From positions 186,001-206,236 of the forward strand of contig CAJNYD010000044.1 of the NCBI GenBank assembly GCA_905331295.1: a stretch of DNA of 20,236 bases, given 5' to 3'. This document shows positions 18,162 to 20,236 of this stretch, piece after piece. The stretch is from Rotaria socialis (lineage: Eukaryota). The notes under the pieces were generated by a model. That model saw only the letters and a program-made list of their open reading frames with translations. It was not told the DNA's origin and did not search any database. Numbering within the stretch: position 1 is the first letter of the stretch; each line of letters begins with the position of its first letter. The position numbers and the translations under genes were made by a program.

Positions 18162-19955
18162 TCAATCACAATTCACAAGATCTTCTTTCTCACTAGCACC
18201 ATCGTCTTCATTGTCAAAGTCATCGACATCATCATCAGGGTCTGCAATATCACCATCTCCATCTGAAAATATTTCCATGTCGTTGCTTGCGTTTCGTGCT
18301 TGATCAGATTCATTAGAATCTACATTCTCATCATCTTGTGAAGAATTCAATTGATGTTGTCGATGACGTTCGATTTTGCGTAATTCACATGTTGCGCTTC
18401 TAATTGAAGTTCCTATTGCTTTTCTCATGTCACTTCTTGTAAAATTTAAATTCCTATGAAGACCACGCACATAGACTAAGTAAAGATAGAAAAATTGAAT
18501 TACTCAATGGATGGCAGATAAACTCGCTGTAAATGTTTTCTAATTGTTCTCTAGGAACTTTTGAAATTTTCCTTCGCACTACCTTCTAGAAGATTCGATA
18601 AATGGAAGAAATGCTTTAACAATATAACAGGCTTTTCCAACCAGAATTAATTTATATCTGTTCACATTATTAAAGAAAATATCTCATTAAGTACTTTCTA
18701 ATCATTGTTTGATCGCTAGTTGAAAATATATACTTCTTATCACTAAACGAAGAAAATACTACACTTACGAATCGTGCTCGACTTGAGATAAGCTACTTGT
18801 CGCTTCAGAACATTGCAGTCCTTGCGCCATTCTTCTGTTTGTTGTTTTTCACCTAAATACAGACGCTTCATTTCTCTATATTCAAGAGAGCCCTCCACTA
18901 GAGAGTGAATAGGAAACGTAGTTTTCGAAGCATTGGGTGCATTGCAAAATGATGGTGATAATGATAATCGCTGATTAGGTGCAAGTACATCGTCGGCAGT
19001 TGAACACCGCAACGAACTATTAACATGGTACCACAATAGAACATTTTCATGTAAGAAAATAAAGTTTTTAATAGTATTACTTTTGTCTGCCGGGTGTTGT
19101 TTTCTTTTTATTGGATGATGTTGATGATATGTTTCTACAACAAGAATGAAATTTGTACAATATAAACATGATAAACACAAACTTTGAAGTGGAATCCGTT
19201 GTTCGGGTTAAAGTATTAATTGATTTTGAATTCGTTGTTCGCTTTGAAGTAGTACTTGAATTTGAATTCATGGAATTTGATCTTTAAGCAGAGGATGGTT
19301 AAATAGAGAGAATAAAGACGGCATACTGACTTTTCACATCCTGTATTCAAAACCTTTTTCGATGATCTAAATGATCAAATCATACATTTTTTTAATTTTT
19401 TATGCAAGTTGAAGCAACTTACTTGTTTCCTAAAACATTAGAAATATCATTAACACTACGTGTTACTCGAGGACCGTTTCCTTGTGATTGTAATGAGAAG
19501 TTTGATTTACGATGATTATCTTTATTATGACTTGTTGGTGATGATGAAGAAAAAGAAATACTCGATTCGACGGTGTACATGCTGTAATTTGCGTATTGTT
19601 GTTATCACAATTTTCATCATTAGATTTTTTTCGACTATTATTTTCAGATAAGCCATTGATACTCTTTTTTTTATTTCGAACTGTATTAGAATCAGAACCA
19701 TTATTTATACAATCAGCAACATTCTCCTCCTGTTGTACTCGTGCGCTTGATCGAAAGCGTTTTGATTGAGATGAATTAACATCTCTGCCATTATTAATGG
19801 AGGAGATAAGCCGCTTCGTACACATAACTTGCAAGGAATCTTTACAAAATAACACGTTGGGGAAGTTAGCACAAGATTCGAGTTTTTCCAGCCCGGATTC
19901 GCCTATATGGTTGTGTTGAATTTCATTTTGGTTGTGTTGGATGCAGAATTTTGCC
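18162..19955 (-). pseudogene. Transposon ORF2 (accessory protein): S/N-rich region, coiled coil, helical BEN-like C-terminal region, acidic tail; decayed
   Basis: Exons ~19955-19423 (frameshift ~19565-19600), 19281-19183, 19134-19081 and 19016-18769 join in phase. 18715-18590 is degraded. ~18586-18528 joins 18475-18162 via a 52-nt GC-AG intron, giving KISKVPREQLENIYIYVRGLHRNLNFTRSDMRKAIGTSIRSA. Coiled-coil-like segment: EYREMKRLYLGEKQQTEEWRKDCNVLKRQVAYLK. The 5' start is uncertain. Confidence 0.6.
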
Positions 19956-20214
19956 CTGAATCGAATGGTGTAATTTTTAAAGGGGGTTGCCGATCAAAAT
20001 CTGGCACTTTACCTGGAAATACTGCTTTTTTCTGAAAATCTTGTAGAAGTAATTCCAGCCCGGATTCGCTGCTTTAGCTGTGTTGGTTCTGGAAATGGTT
20101 GTGTTGTATTCAGAATGAAATTCTGCATCGAATGATACTAAACTTGTATGGGGTCATCGATCAAAACATTTCTGGTCTCACCCAAGTCATCCCTCCAAAT
20201 CTATATTCCAGCCC
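19888..20214. repeat. Degenerate ~167-bp tandem repeat (two units plus the start of a third)
   Basis: CCAGCCCGGATTCGC at 19888 and 20055, CCAGCCC at 20208. Both full units share GTTGTGTTG, ATCGAATG and CGATCAAAA in the same order. Confidence 0.7.
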
Positions 20215-20236
20215 CACCCAAGTCGAAGAACTTTGG

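Larger units (their letters stand above)
10408..20236 (-). mobile_element. CACTA/EnSpm (CMC superfamily)-type DNA transposon, decayed; other end probably beyond the window
   Basis: Contains a Transposase_21-type DDE gene plus a co-oriented upstream ORF2. Candidate terminus is CCCAAGCAG at 10408, followed by ~600 bp rich in short AAACG/TTTTAACG/CGTTT subterminal-like motifs. The boundary is inferred because the partner TIR is not seen. Confidence 0.65.

Noticed and set aside
19853..19862. TTGGGG as the partner TIR of the 10408 terminus
   Set aside because: Only 5 bp (CCCAA) match, and it falls inside the ORF2 reading frame.

Overview
AT-rich, intron-dense animal DNA; the ~50-65 nt GT-AG introns and CCC...GGG MITEs suggest a bdelloid rotifer, but that is inference. 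The left part (1-8874, minus strand) is a 29-exon, 3'-truncated USP9X/fat-facets deubiquitinase gene. From ~10040 to the window end is a nested transposon complex. Its core is a CACTA/EnSpm (CMC)-type DNA transposon with an 8-exon DDE transposase (17374->11293, one premature stop) and a decayed upstream ORF2. The transposase's four unusually long introns appear to hold the exons of a third, antisense, interleaved gene (~12444-16001, plus strand, decayed, unrecognised). A Penelope-like inverted pLTR pair (12955-14178, 13-bp TSD) lies in the longest intron, and each arm carries a minimal U3-A8 hammerhead ribozyme motif. A TA-flanked CCC/GGG MITE and a hAT MITE inserted into that element, the latter exactly in the ribozyme stem II loop. 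A second hAT MITE spans the N gap. All structures were read and spliced by eye; no database searches were run.
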